Source: Tubiluchus corallicola (lineage: Eukaryota > Animalia > Priapulida). Taken from it: a stretch of 64,000 bases of DNA. Where the stretch lies: contig JAQGDQ010000400.1 of NCBI GenBank assembly GCA_030141605.1, forward strand, positions 148,866 through 212,865, read 5' to 3'. A program made the position numbers and the translations under genes. The notes beneath the pieces are model-generated. The model was given only the letters and a program-made list of their open reading frames with translations. It was not told the DNA's origin and ran no database searches. Positions 40,451 to 52,949 of this stretch are shown piece by piece (positions within the stretch are counted from its first letter, which is position 1; the number at the start of each line of letters is the position of its first letter).

Positions 40451-40630
40451 CAAGTAAGGTATGTACAAATGAAAATAATCAGCAACTTAACAAAATAAAT
40501 AAAAAATAAATAAATAAGGCAACAAGTTCAAATGAGTTTAGATTTAGAAACAGTAAATAAATTTGGCAATGAAAAGAGGCAAAATTTAAATTAGCAAACA
40601 ATTGTTAAATTAGCAGACATTGTTTAATAC

Positions 40631-40883
40631 ATAATAATAATAATGATATTTATTTAAAGTCGGTTTTTAGATTAACAGTTAACATGAGCTCAAGAGCCTT
40701 TTTCTGCCAACTGTATATAAAAAATCTAAACCTACATAACAGAGACTGTTATTACCCCACTCTTACCCTAAATACCACGTGCCAAGCAGGGCAACAGCAC
40801 GTACCATTTTTAAAGTCTTTGGAATCGAACTCATGATCTCCCAGGCGGAAAGTGGACATTACCACTAGACGAAACTATCTGGC
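40631..40883 (-). mobile_element. tRNA-derived SINE, copy 3
   Basis: Reverse complement of 6127-6410 (gtaccatttttaaagtctttgg...accactagac), (AAT)n tail on the left. Confidence 0.85.
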
Positions 40884-41529
40884 CATAAAACTGTTTGTAA
40901 GTTGTTGTAAGATATTATTGTATGTTGTACAGATATATAAATCACTTAGTTATGTATTTTGCTATTTTAAAAATGGTGATAAACTTACTTACTTACTTGC
41001 TTAGTGTAATTTATAACTTAAAATGTCATTATCCAAACTGAACCTGTCATAACAGAATTGCTAAAAGACCGATAACTAAACTTTGATACAATTAGAAGAC
41101 CAATTTTGCAAAGTTGAATTAGACGACCACTTAGCAAACCCGCCAAACATCTTTTGAACTGGTGGTGTGATTTGTTTTCTGAAGCAAACGTTATTCTAAA
41201 GAATGAGATTAGTGCATTCCAAAATTGTTTATACTAAAATTATTGGATGAGAAGTAGTCAAAAAGAATTTTAAGTAACAAGGTTTGCTGCACTGTAACAA
41301 GTAGTTATGCTCGTAATGTCCTAGAGAGCAACAGTTAATCACATACTTTTCTGTTTATTCATTCCACTTGACTTGAACAAAAATGACGCCTAACAGTGAA
41401 GGGACAGTCATAGCAATCGTGTATTTTAGCAATAGAAACACCTGATATGATATGACATGACATGATATGACATGACAAAATGACGTGACGTGGTGTGACA
41501 TGACATACATTGCCTTCATACAGACTGTT

Positions 41530-41600
41530 AATGTGTAATAAGAAAAGTATTGGCCCAGCGATGGAGCCCTGAGGAACACCGAATTTAGCTTTTTGACTTC
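41530..41600 (-). mobile_element. Tiny CR1/L2/Jockey-group reverse-transcriptase remnant
   Basis: Minus strand encodes GVPQGSIAGP, the conserved RT GVPQGS.LGP motif; no flanking ORF. Confidence 0.55.
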
Positions 41601-41796
41601 CGTTATTCTGGTATATGTATTTGGTTTATAATTTTTAGAAAATTATGTCTCAGAAAGTACACACAAAATTGTTCCTTCCGTGTATAATATTAAAAATATA
41701 CAGACTAAAGGAAATTAATCTGTTCCACTTGTTCATTATTGTAAATTGCTGGAACATCTCAAGGTGTTTGATATGTTGCTTTTTGAATTACAACAG

Positions 41797-41917
41797 ATAC
41801 CACATTATGCTGCCGTCATGCCAGTTACGGTACCTGTACACAACAGTGGAGAAAGTAACTCATTAATGCCACCTCAACAGTTGACTGGAGCACACAGTCC
41901 CAGGTCAAACAGTGGAG
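41797..41917 (+). CDS. MEF2: Mef2 coding exon 4
   Basis: caacag acceptor, 121 nt, phase 0-1, G|gtaggt donor; IPHYAAVMPVTVPVHNSGESNSLMPPQQLTGAHSPRSNSG contains the MEF2 MPVTVPV motif. Confidence 0.9.
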
Positions 41918-42409
41918 GTAGGTAGAGAAATTATTTCTTTAGATTTTAGTTAAAAATAGTTGTATTTATTACTGACTGGTGTACTTTCTCCTAGCCTTCA
42001 AATAATATTTGCTGCAAAGTGCAAACAAATTTATTGGAAATCCGATAATTAATACGTCAACATACATTAGTAAATGAGTACTCGAAATTATGGGGAGATT
42101 AATTTTTTTGAATATTTCGCTTACATTAGCCATGTATTTTTTTCTTACTTTTTTCTTAATACATGCAAAATACCTAGAAATGATTAGTTCTTAACTTTTT
42201 AAGTGATTATACCACCGATATGCATTTGCATTGGTACATTTACAAAAAATCAGTTTCTGTCTTTATGAAACGTCTTATTTAATTTATTGCCGTCTCCTAC
42301 AGTAAATTGTTGAAATTTTCTACCTTGTTCATTGTAAACAACCATTGCTTGTTTATTTCATAAGCGCTTATTGTTCTTTATCTTCACTGCCTTCATTTTT
42401 TACTCGTAG

Positions 42410-42678
42410 GGAGCGGCATGTTAACAGAGCTTACAACAGCCAGTCCGAATGGTCCAAACGGCTACCAGCAGCAGGCCTCACCCGGTGGTCAGATGTCGCG
42501 AAACAGTCGGTCACCAAACGTTGTGCACGGCAACCACAGCCTAAGCACAAGTCCGGCGCCCACGACTAGTGCAAACTCATCGGCTAACACAGCGAACCGC
42601 CCAAATCTAAAAGTAGTTATACCTGGTGGCCCGTCGGGAGGATCGAGTTTAAATAACGCTCATCGAGCATTATTTATG
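42410..42678 (+). CDS. MEF2: Mef2 coding exon 5 (transactivation domain, MAPK docking-like motif)
   Basis: 269 nt, phase 1-0, gtaaga donor; GSGMLTELTTASPNGPNGY...ASPG...NRPNLKVVIPGG...ALFM; RPNLKVVIP corresponds to the vertebrate KPDLRVVIP motif. Confidence 0.94.
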
Positions 42679-42754
42679 GTAAGAATGTCACGAATTAATT
42701 TATCAATCAGACCTGATTGTCTACACAGTCAAATTGACTTACTTCTTTGAGAAA

Positions 42755-43275
42755 CAGGGATGAGAATTTTTCGCGCATAAGCGGAATTCCGAGTTTTTGG
42801 AAGACCAGTAGTGCCATTTTTGTAAATCATGTAAATTTGTTGAGAAAATTTTTACGGACCCAGTACATTATTTCACAGCTGACCGCTAGTTGGCAGCCCG
42901 TCACTGTTTACATCACGTACATCAGTGTAACCACGTGTATATCTCTACGTATAAAAATATAGAATCAATTGTGTGGACTTATTTAAGTCAATTGCAGACA
43001 GTTTTTATATACTTTTGCATAGGAGCAGCCAGTACTTAGGCATTTTTGAGACAATTAGATATCATGTATCCTTGATAGTAGGGTATTTTAAATTGTGCAT
43101 GAAACAAGGTAACTGATATTTTAAGTCCACTTGGTCACAAAATAGCAATTTGTTGCTGGCTCCAAGGGGCCTTTGCCCCCCTTGAACCTCCATGGGGCTT
43201 TGCCCCTCGACCCCATTGGGGGCCTAGACCCCGGCCTGTTTCGATGTTTTTTGCAATTTATCATTCTCATCCCTG
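42755..43275. mobile_element. hAT-like MITE, copy 1
   Basis: TIR CAGGGATGAGAAT...ATTCTCATCCCTG; inverted copy at 53960-54444; no clear TSD at this copy. Confidence 0.85.
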
Positions 43276-43392
43276 GAAAAATCAATTTATTAGTAGTCGA
43301 GCACCATTTTTATAGTTTAGAAAAGTATGAAATGTAAACCCTCATTATCAGAGATGTTGTAACAAGGGCATGTGTCTAGAAGATAGGTGAAG

Positions 43393-43513
43393 GTGATGTG
43401 CTTTTTATCACGTACGGTGAGGTGATGTGCTTTTTATCACGTACGGTGAGGTGATGTGTTTTATCACGTACGGTGAGGTGATGTGCTTTTTATCACGTAT
43501 GGTGAGGTGATTT
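43393..43513. repeat. Minisatellite, ~29-bp unit, 4 copies
   Basis: ggtgaggtgatgtgctttttatcacgtac repeated. Confidence 0.9.
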
Positions 43514-44259
43514 GCTTTTTATCACGTACGGTGGTCAGCAGCAGTCATTTTTGATTTGTTGATTTGGAGCAGAAATTTACATAATTGTTTGATTTTACAA
43601 TTTTTGTATTTACATTCACGAAGAAGCTAAAACGTGAGAACACTCACTTTGGAGAATCTTCAAAAAGTTAAACTGTACAGCTAACAAAAAAAACTTGATT
43701 TTATTTGTACCAATTCAGTGAATTCCTGTCAAAAATTGATAGACTTTGTTTTTTCACTCGTGTTGTTTAAAATTTAGTTAACGTTATTTTAACTGAAGGT
43801 GATTCAAGTTTCCTGCAAAATAAAGCTGATACTGGTAGAAAGTAGGCAAATTTTATCCACATTATGCACGATCATATTATGAAATTTATTTGGTGTTGGT
43901 TAGATCAACTCTCGATTAGAATTATACTACTAATAATTGAAACAATCGAATCCATTGATTTTCACTTCAGACTGAGCTTGACGCTCTGTACATAATTACT
44001 TGTTTCTTTACACAGTCTCTTGGGAGTTTTGCTAGAAATAATTTTTACTAATCGTAGTGATGCTAAAAACAATGTTACTGTTACTGTGATCCCAATACGT
44101 GCATAGATCTACGAGAGTTAAAGATTGCCATGCACTAGTGATATAAATTCACGAACGAGATCTTGGGTGAGAAAATATTATTGTTATTGATGATGAGGGG
44201 GGATGGTTCTAGCTTGAGAAAACATCGTGATGTGGATGTCAGTGCAGCCATTTTTTCTG

Positions 44260-44785
44260 TAATTTAAGATCACGGAACTTGAACACAACCAGCATATGAA
44301 TGTAACAGTGTTCATGTGTTCAATAATTTAAGATCGCAGAATGTGAATACGAGCAGTTTATGAATGTAACAGTGTTCATGTGTTCAATAATTTAAGATCA
44401 GGGAACTTGAATACGAGCAGCATATGAATGTAACAGTGTTCATGTGTTCAATAATTTAAGATCACGGAACTTGAACACAACCAGCATATGAATGTAACAG
44501 TGTTCATGTGTTCAATAATTTAAGGTCAGGGAACGTGAGCACGAGCTAATTATGAATGTAATAGTGTTCATGTGTTCAATAATTTAAGACCAGGGAACAT
44601 GAATATGAGCAGGATATGAATGTGACAGTGTTCATGTGTTCAATAATTTAAGATCACGGAATGTGAGCACGAGCAGCGTATGAATGTGACAGTGTTCATG
44701 TGTTCAATGATTTAAGATCACGGAATGTGAGCACGAGCAGCATATGAATGTAATAGTGTTCATGTGTTCAATAATTTAAGATCAG
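44260..44785. repeat. Minisatellite, 64-bp unit, ~8 copies
   Basis: taatttaagatca.ggaac.tgaa.ac.a.cagcatatgaatgtaacagtgttcatgtgttcaa repeated. Confidence 0.93.
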
Positions 44786-44886
44786 CAGTGGCAAATGGCT
44801 TTTCTTTATGCTGAGGTTCACTTAATAACGTTTAATTTGTGAATTTCCATGACAAATCATTAATTTGATGCCTGTTGATTTTACAG

Positions 44887-45007
44887 AACCAAGGGCAACA
44901 GACGACTCGCAGCACGACACTATCTACACCAGTCGTATCTCTTGCCACGCCCAGTAATCCAGGCTTGACAGCATATCCGTCCGCTTTACCTTCGACCTTT
45001 CAACACA
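44887..45007 (+). CDS. MEF2: Mef2 coding exon 6
   Basis: ttttacag acceptor, 121 nt, phase 0-1, gtaagt donor; NQGQQTTRSTTLSTPVVSLATPSNPGLTAYPSALPSTFQH contains the conserved L.TPVVS.ATP motif (MAPK-site region). Confidence 0.94.
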
Positions 45008-45394
45008 GTAAGTGCGTCTCTGTCTAGTACCGATACCCTGCAATCGTTTTCAAAAGAAAAAGGAGAAAAAATTTAAGAAGTGCACCTGCTAGTGCCTTAT
45101 CATTTTACGTCACCTTGCAGTAAGTTGAATGTCGGTTAACAGTTGTAAAAGGTTTCAGTAAGTACATTGAAATGTTCAGCATAATGAAACAAGCAACCAA
45201 AGAATTTCAGTAATCTAGTGGGGCTACTTGTGGTTTTCTAAAACTAATAACTAAAATATCGGTAACTTTCAGAAAAAAATCTGTGTGTCAGTGGTGCCAG
45301 TTTTTTTTTTGCACATAGCATTTTAAGTAACGCTTATAGGGATTTTCAGCTATACAGCTGAATCGCTGGCATCTATTAGAATTAAATAGAACAT

Positions 45395-45722
45395 TGTAGA
45401 ATGTTCCATTACAATAATCGTCTTACCTTGTAGAATGTTCTAGAAGGCAACGTCTAGAATGTTCCCTGGCGTCCTATGTAAGGAGAAGGAGACCGCTGAG
45501 AGGCACACAGATTCACGCGGACGCCACTTACACATTCTCTTGTATACTTGTATTTTCAGATACACTTAAATGTTTGTTTTCCAGATTTTCACGTTTAGTG
45601 TAAATATTTCGCGTTCCTTCATACTTCTGTGTTGTAGAATTCTCGCTTAATAAACTAGTTTAATTTGATGACGTGTTTTCTCGTTTTCTCTACGAGCCTT
45701 CCGAGAGAAACAAAACACAACA
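45395..45722 (+). mobile_element. Putative solo LTR
   Basis: TGTAG...AACA termini, internal repeated tagaatgttc, TATA-like and AATAAA motifs; flanks acat/aaat match only 3 of 4. Confidence 0.45.
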
Positions 45723-45820
45723 AAATATGAAAACTTTTATCTGTTTTTACCGGTGACTCAGACTGCAGGTTGACAGACTTTTGATAGGTGGTGTTTGACA
45801 TTGGATCTCTTTCTTTGTAG

Positions 45821-45944
45821 ATGAGTTTCAGTTATCTTCACCCGAACTTCACGGAATCGCAGGCTTTAACCCGGCTACTGCAAGCATGCTAGGAGTAGGA
45901 CATTGGCCGACAGGGCCTTTACCACCCACTGCATCTAACCTCAG
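45821..45944 (+). CDS. MEF2: Mef2 coding exon 7
   Basis: ctctttctttgtag acceptor, 124 nt, phase 1-2, AG|gtaagc donor; NEFQLSSPELHGIAGFNPATASMLGVGHWPTGPLPPTASNL is similar to the vertebrate YSLSSADL...GFN...W segment. Confidence 0.92.
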
Positions 45945-46709
45945 GTAAGCTTTTACTGCACGTTGATCAACACTAGTGAACTATTTAGTGCCGCCTTGTG
46001 TTAAGCCTTGTGCTTCTTCAAATCTTTGTAATTTTTTACTCGTTTTGTCACTTTGTTACTATATTGTGATCCACGTTTTATGCGGTTTTGTTGTATTGCG
46101 TATTCAGTGTCCTGGTTTTGCAAGAAAAGATTCTAGCTATGGTGTTTACATATCAATGCTGTTCCTTTTCCTTTTGTGTTATTCGTAGCGAATGAGAACG
46201 GCACATGTTAAAAATAGTTTGCAAGGTGTGTCATTTTTTCAAAGTAAAAAGAGAATGGAAACTTCTTGTCAGCATGTTTGCTGAGATTTCTGTTCCTTTT
46301 AATTGCAGTCGCCTTCTGGTTAAAGACTTATAGAACCTCTCTTCTTTTAAATATGAAGAATACTGTAATCCTTTTTTGTTGAACGTCAGACAAGCCCTTG
46401 CTTCGTGGAATTTTATGCGGCAAATTTCGTATTGTTTAGTCATATTGCTTCAAGTTTTGTACAAATTTTTCTGTCCACGTTTCATCTTTATGTAAATCTT
46501 GACATTGTTTCTTATTATAACTTAATGTATCAATGAGCCTTTTTCAAACTAAAGATAAAACGTTCAAACTATATTTAAATTACTGTAGAATATGGTTGTA
46601 TCATCGTGTCTGTTTAGAAGTTTAAGTCTTAGGTAAGGGTAAGCAAAAATCTCATCCGAGATACTTGTATCCTCAAGTAAATCTCAACACAGGGTGAAGA
46701 TTATAGTTG

Positions 46710-46810
46710 AGTGCTCGTCGTATGTACACATAGTAGCCATTGTTAAAGAATGTCAAGCCTACTCAGCGAATGGATGGGTGCCCTTTTCAGGTTTCATGTA
46801 CAGTTGCTAC
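46710..46810 (+). mobile_element. Degenerate 5S-like SINE fragment
   Basis: gttaaagaatgtcaagcctactcagcgaatggatgggtgccc resembles the 5S internal promoter segment (gctaagc...gcctggttagtacttggatgggagacc). Confidence 0.35.
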
Positions 46811-47737
46811 CATTGACTACTTACCTTATTAAGAGAGAGAGAGGGTGTATGCCTTAGAATGTGACTGAAGCAGTTCCGCTGTTTCAATGTCTTATCTCAT
46901 GTAGCATCATTTGTGAGGGTGAGCCGTCTCGCTCATGCCACAACTATCTACATCAAGTAAACTCTCTCGCCAAGTGCGTGATTCCGGCTAACCTCACAGT
47001 CGGGCACACGCAATGATGTCTCCAGTGGTGGGGGGGGGGCATTTACTTTTTCCTGTAAATCCGGACATTATACACGGCTGACTGCAAAACTATCAAAGCT
47101 ATCAGCAGCACAGATCTAAAGTAGTACGGATAATCAGACATCCTACCTGTTTGTCCACAGATACGAATTCCGTGAAGAAGGAATAGAATATATCTAGAAT
47201 TTTGCCACGTATTATATTCAGTGTTATATATATACATAATAAAATATATATATATAATAATCTTTATTTGCCATTAAAATACATTGATAATCACCAAATA
47301 AAAACTTTACAGAAATGATAATATGTTATCTTGCGTTCTTTTTCATTAAAGGTTTAATAGTACTTTATCTAACATATTTTGTAGGTATGCTCTGTTTTTA
47401 AAGTTTAGTTAAAATTTTTGAAGTCTAGTGAAACCTTTTGTCTTTTCCTTGCGCAAAACCTCGACTGGTGATTCATGCCTGTAATATCAAAGCACGATCT
47501 ACGTTTATTCTGTTATTATTCTCTTAGCTTGGGCGATGCTTTATAAATGACAGTTCTGTTAAACAATCTAGCTAAGGTTTTCTTTATAAAGTACTATCTT
47601 GAGCCATCTTTGATTTGCATTAGCAATGAAGTTCGGTAGCTTTAAATAGTTTCTCTTCTAGGTTGCGCAAATTAGTTTGTCATTGTATTACGTGATTAAT
47701 TACTTACATTATCGCTCAACACTGACTTTCATTTCAG

Positions 47738-47969
47738 GCGCCAAGCAACAGGTCACCTAGCAATAAGTACAGGCACCTCACAGCATGTTACAATCAAATC
47801 AGAACCGATGTCTCCGCAGCGAGATTCACATACTCCATCTAGTCATCACAGCTTGCAGTCGGGGCATAGTCACACGTCCCCGCACGGCTCATCCGATTCT
47901 CAGACGGGTAACGGTGAATGTGACGGCCCTTCTAGTAAGCGACAGCGAGTGGAGGAATGGTCGTCTTAG
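47738..47969 (+). CDS. MEF2: Mef2 last coding exon (PDSM and C-terminal NLS-like motif)
   Basis: ctttcatttcag acceptor, phase 2; RRQATGHLAISTGTSQHVTIKSEPMSPQRD...GPSSKRQRVEEWSS*; IKSEPMSP is the psi-KxExxSP sumoylation motif. Total CDS 1293 nt = 430 aa. Confidence 0.95.
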
Positions 47970-49372
47970 CTGAATTGGCATCCAGTCACATTCAGTCGAG
48001 AAGCGTATCAGTTATTTTTGCAGCAACACTGATACAATAAGGAGCATACGCACAGTCTTAAATCTTAAGACCGGATTATTATTGGTTAATTATTCACACG
48101 ACTGCTGAACTTTACCGCATTCTACCGTCAGATAGCTAGAAAAGCTTGGGTGACAAGTTTCCACATGTACAGGGTTCTTAGTCGCGGTTTCCAGTCGGAT
48201 GACCGAAGACGTAAAATGCGATAAGACCCCCCGAGTTAAAAGATGATGATGATTATTGTTGTTTGTGGCCTTTCGCGGCTTGTTATATGAATTCCTGTCG
48301 TAGGTTAATATTACTAGCGTGCCTCTGGCGAGTTATTGTAGTTTCGTGTGCGAACTGATTGACGGTTTTAAATGTGTGCATTTTTGTACTGTTAGCTTTG
48401 TGTAGCATATGTATAGAGAAACAGAGTTTGGACTATATAATTATACATGTATAGTACTATAATGTGTCCAGTTCTGTTTGAAAATGTTTATTTTGGTATT
48501 ACTGATACGATTTTAGAGTAGTTGTATCATGAGGAATTTGCGGAAAAATGTCGTAATTATATTAATTATCATTGTAAAGCCTGAAATGTTAATGTTTGCA
48601 CCCGAACCTGCTTGAGAATCGTGATAAATTTTCACTTTTTAACTTGAAAGTTTATTGTATGATAGATCATATAGAAATATGGATTTTTATTGATACGCAA
48701 GTGGACTTATATATTCGTTTCAGAATATTTATTGGTGTGTCATGAAAAGTGTTTGCCAAACAGCATGTAAAATGTGGCCCAAAATCAAAATACTGTCAGC
48801 TTTTTTTCTGGCTGTTAATTAGTATTTCTTCAGTGTTAGTTTTATTTACTTTTATTGGTATGAAATAATCAACAATCTGTATTTCAGCGTAATAGTTGAT
48901 TGCACACGTACTGAGGAAGTTACATTGTAAGATACGATGCTTAATATTGAATTTTTCATTGTACAAGATGCTTAAGAACACATAACTTCGTGCTACTCGG
49001 CAAACACTAAATCTATGTAGTATTTTGTTGTGTGATTTATGTAGTTTGCTTGATATTGTATTTACTGCTGATGGTTTTAACAAATTTAACTGATTGTTGT
49101 TGCTTTTTATCAGATATTGTTAACGGTTTCAATTAATTTGTAATTTTGTAAGGAAACGTGACACATTTTGTATCGTACATGCACAAATTTAACGGCTTTT
49201 CGTGATATAGTAGAAGTATTGCTTTTGAGATCATCTGGTTTACATCATTTGCTAGTGGTTTAACATTGTCATTTGGCTAATTGATGATAGGCTTTGCATT
49301 CCTGTAGATTGTAGGTTATAAAAGGTCGGATGCTAGGTTTGTAGGCTGACTGTGAACGAGTAATGCCTTTGT

Positions 49373-49925
49373 CATATCTACTGTTCATGACTACTGTTCA
49401 TGACTGCTGTTCATGACTGCTGTTCATGACTGCTGTTCATATCTACTGTTCATGTCGACTGTTCGTATCTACTGTTCTTGACTACTGTTCATATCTACTG
49501 TTCATCACTATTATTCATATCTACTGTTCGTATCTACTGTTCATGTCCACTGTTCATGACTACTGTTCATATCTACTATTCATGACTACTGTTCATATCC
49601 ACTGTTCATGACTACTGTTCATGTCGACTGTTCATGACTACTATTCATATCTACTGTTCTTATCTACTGTTCATGACTACTGTTCATATCTACTATTCAT
49701 GACTTCTGTTCATATCTACTGTTCATCACCATTATTCATATCTACTGTTCATGCCTACTGTTCGTATCTACTGTTCATGTCCACTGTTCATGACTACTGT
49801 TCATATCTACTATTCATGACTACTGTTCATGTCCACTGTTCATGACTACTGTTCATATCTACTATTCATGACTACTGTTCATATCTACTGTTCATATCTA
49901 CTGTTCATGTTTACTGTTTTCATAT
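49373..49925. repeat. Minisatellite, 13-bp unit, ~42 copies, within the putative Mef2 3' UTR
   Basis: Alternating variants tactgttcatgac / tactgttcatatc. Confidence 0.93.
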
Positions 49926-52737
49926 TTTAAAAGATACTGGTAATGAGAATTCGTGTAGTGAACAAAATGTCAGTTTCTGATTCGAAGCTCTTTTCAATCT
50001 GCCCCATATGATCTGTTGACAGAATGGCAGTAATGCTTTTTAATTCACTAAACATGACAGAATAATGATCCTTGGTAGTTAAGTCCACTTGCTACATGTA
50101 AAAGTTTCACTACGTCTTTTAGAAATAATGGCTAGTTGCTACCAGGGTCTGTTAAGATCATCTATGAAGTCTTTCATTTGGCATTCAAAAATACTGACAG
50201 ACGCATTCAAACTTCTGTCAATCTTACTCACTTCAGAGTCAGCCTATAAGCATTTTAGTAACGCTCTTGGTTAAACATTATTGTACTGAATATACTTAAC
50301 CAAGCAAACAAGCTCTTATTGTATGATGGGCAGTACTTAGTAATGGCTTATAGTCAATTTAAATCAATCATAATGGCTTCACTGAAATAATTTTTACTAT
50401 TTGCAAGTCTCTTGTTTAGGGAAACCACTTGCTGTATTTTCCTACAGTTTCTCTGTAAAGTTTTTCTATTCTGCTCAGTATTTAGTATTTACTCACTCAG
50501 AGTTAGATAAATTATCAAAATTTAACTTATTAATGCAAATTTTCCTTATTAAACACTCATGGTATCGTCCGTGTGCAACGGCTTACGACTGAATGCACGA
50601 GGAACAGATATTTTAGCTAATTAATTATCTCTGATTTGATTTATTCAGTAATGAAGAACTGAGTTATCAGTTAATATGAATAAGTCATTGTCATCTTTCA
50701 GTATTTCGCTGTGCTAGTCGTTAACATACATGTATTAAAGTTGCTTAATTGTTCATTTCTTGACATAACTAAATTTAAAATGAGTTGAACTCTTCTTTTC
50801 CTTGGGGATTAGGTAATATTTGTGGATGTTTTTTCCAGACGAGGAAAGACACTGCTGTGAATTTTAGCGTAATATTCCAAGGAGAATATTGTATACCACT
50901 CCACGGAGATTCACTGGTGCTAATTATAATATTGTATAGTGTTTAGTCATACATTTACGAGTTTGTTGTACTCATCTTTGTGTTTGAGTTCTTATTTCTA
51001 CTGCTGAACATTGCCTGGTTTAGAAATTTGCCGTTGTTGCAGTGCCCGTTTTTATTGTGCAAATATCATGTGTTACCCAAGATGTAGTAGATAGAGTCAC
51101 ACTTTTTATATCATTTGAAAATGTCATCCTTGTTAATACAGAGACATTGAACATACAATGATGATATAGTGGCATAACAAATTCAAAGGAGTAAATTCAT
51201 TCAGAATTTGTTTTTTAAAAGTTTCTGAATGATGGTATCTCTTTCTCACAACTTTTCTTCATGTTTGCTTCGGGTATGGTGATTTATTCAAAGCAGTCAT
51301 AAAGAAATCGTCTATCCTTAATAAGTTTACTGGTAATCATTAGAAGTATGTGTTACGGTATGAAACAAAAGCGGAAAGTACAAAATCTTTATATTTCTTC
51401 TATATGAAATATTGAAAACTTTTTTAGGGATTACTTGTTGTGTATACAATTAATTCATTTTCTATGGTATTAATGAAATTATTGCACTTAAATATTTGAT
51501 GCATAGTTTTTCCTTCATAGCTCACTCACCACACTTTTGTAAAGCACAAGTGAATAGTGGTTAACATTGCTTTGTTAGTATGATTGTGCGGTTATATAAG
51601 ATGAGGTTTTTGATGCAGCAGAGTCTGATCAGAGCTGGAACTCGCCAAAGATGAAAACGTTTATAAATACATGTTTTTATCAAAATTATTGCTCAAAATA
51701 ATTATTAATTATCCGATGCCTACGTAGTCATTTGCTTTTATGCTTATATCGAGAGATGTAGTCTGTAGCATTCTTAAATTCAGTTATTGTTTAGAATGTA
51801 CAATGATTTCTAATATTGGTACTACAGCTGCGTATTACAGCAGTGTCATGATGAGGATGGATTGTGAATTAACTTTAATCACTTTGTTAAAGATTTAACT
51901 TAAACTGAATCGCTGTTTACATATAGATCTTCAGCCTCTTCTTCATCTAACAGATTACATTTAATCTTTGCCGAAGCACTGCATTGCTAATTACATTATG
52001 CTTTGCCTGAGACTATGCGAGCCGGGTGTTATTTGTGTAATGCACTCTTGTTATTATTAAGAGAGGCACCTCCATAAGTCTGTCACTTACGCTGATAATG
52101 TTTGTTGTGGTCAAGGTTAATGCTTGTTGTGGTCAAGGTTTTGTGAACCTCTTGCCGTAGATGTACTGGCCGTTGGCTGCTGTCTTACGCACCGTTACAG
52201 TTAACTTACAGAATGTAAGAAAAAAAATTGAGAATGCGTTGCAAGTGCACGAAGTTGGCTCAGACTGAATTTTGTTTTCGCAGTAGATTGGATAGGATCA
52301 AGATGTTATTTGATCATTATTTAGGTTTGCATTTGAAGTAAGTTTCAGACTTAAAAAAGCTTATTTCACTGTCAGAAATACATAATGTTGTATTGCTAAG
52401 CAGCCAAGTTCAGGTTTGCATATTGTACAAGAATACATGCTTTTCCAGTACATTTTAAATTGTATTCACCATTCTAAATTAGTCAGCATTCATTTTACTC
52501 CTAATCACATCACACAGTAATCATAGTATGTTGAAAGGTTTTGACCAGCTTCAATACACGGACCCGCATATTATTTATTGAAGATGTTAAAAAATTGTTT
52601 TTACTTTGTCAGCACCTCACAAGTTTTATCTATACCGTCGAGCTATATTTTACTGTTTTGTTGTTTAGAGCACACAAGAGCTGCTAACTGAATTGATTTT
52701 TTTTGTTGTGTGTGATACAATGTAATGAAAAAGTGAG

Positions 52738-52790
52738 AATAAAACTAAATAAAAAACTATTCTTGTTGTATTGTATTTTTAATACAGAAC
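52738..52790 (+). terminator. Candidate Mef2 polyadenylation signal
   Basis: AATAAA at 52738 and 52748 followed by GT/T-rich tcttgttgtattgtattttt; the + strand switches from T-rich to A-rich just downstream. Confidence 0.6.
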
Positions 52791-52934
52791 GCTATATTCT
52801 AAGTGTAGTAGTGTACGTAGCCATAGATCAATTTTTTGCTATTTTTAATATTCCTTTAATGGATGTTTGTAAATGTTAAAGCGAAATTTTCATAAGCAAA
52901 GTAAATGCATAACAATTATTTAGCTTGCATCAAT

Positions 52935-52949
52935 AATAAACTTTTTATT
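52935..52949 (-). terminator. Candidate polyadenylation signal of the convergent minus-strand gene
   Basis: TTTATT at 52944-52949 (AATAAA on -), adjacent to a + strand AATAAA at 52935. Confidence 0.5.

Noticed and set aside
43971-43988. TELDAL micro-exon resembling the vertebrate MEF2 beta exon, after a good acceptor (ttttcacttcag) in the expected intron
   Set aside because: The only nearby GT comes after 17 nt (weak gtacat), which would shift the frame; there is no phase-0 donor.
47967-48035. Stop-codon readthrough of Mef2 (TAG C followed by ~20 open codons)
   Set aside because: Not the strong TGA-CTAG context; the extension length is compatible with chance.
49426-49845. Repetitive ORFs in the 13-bp array (similarly 7146-7431 in the 64-bp array)
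   Set aside because: Artefacts of tandem repeats; no splice or homology support.
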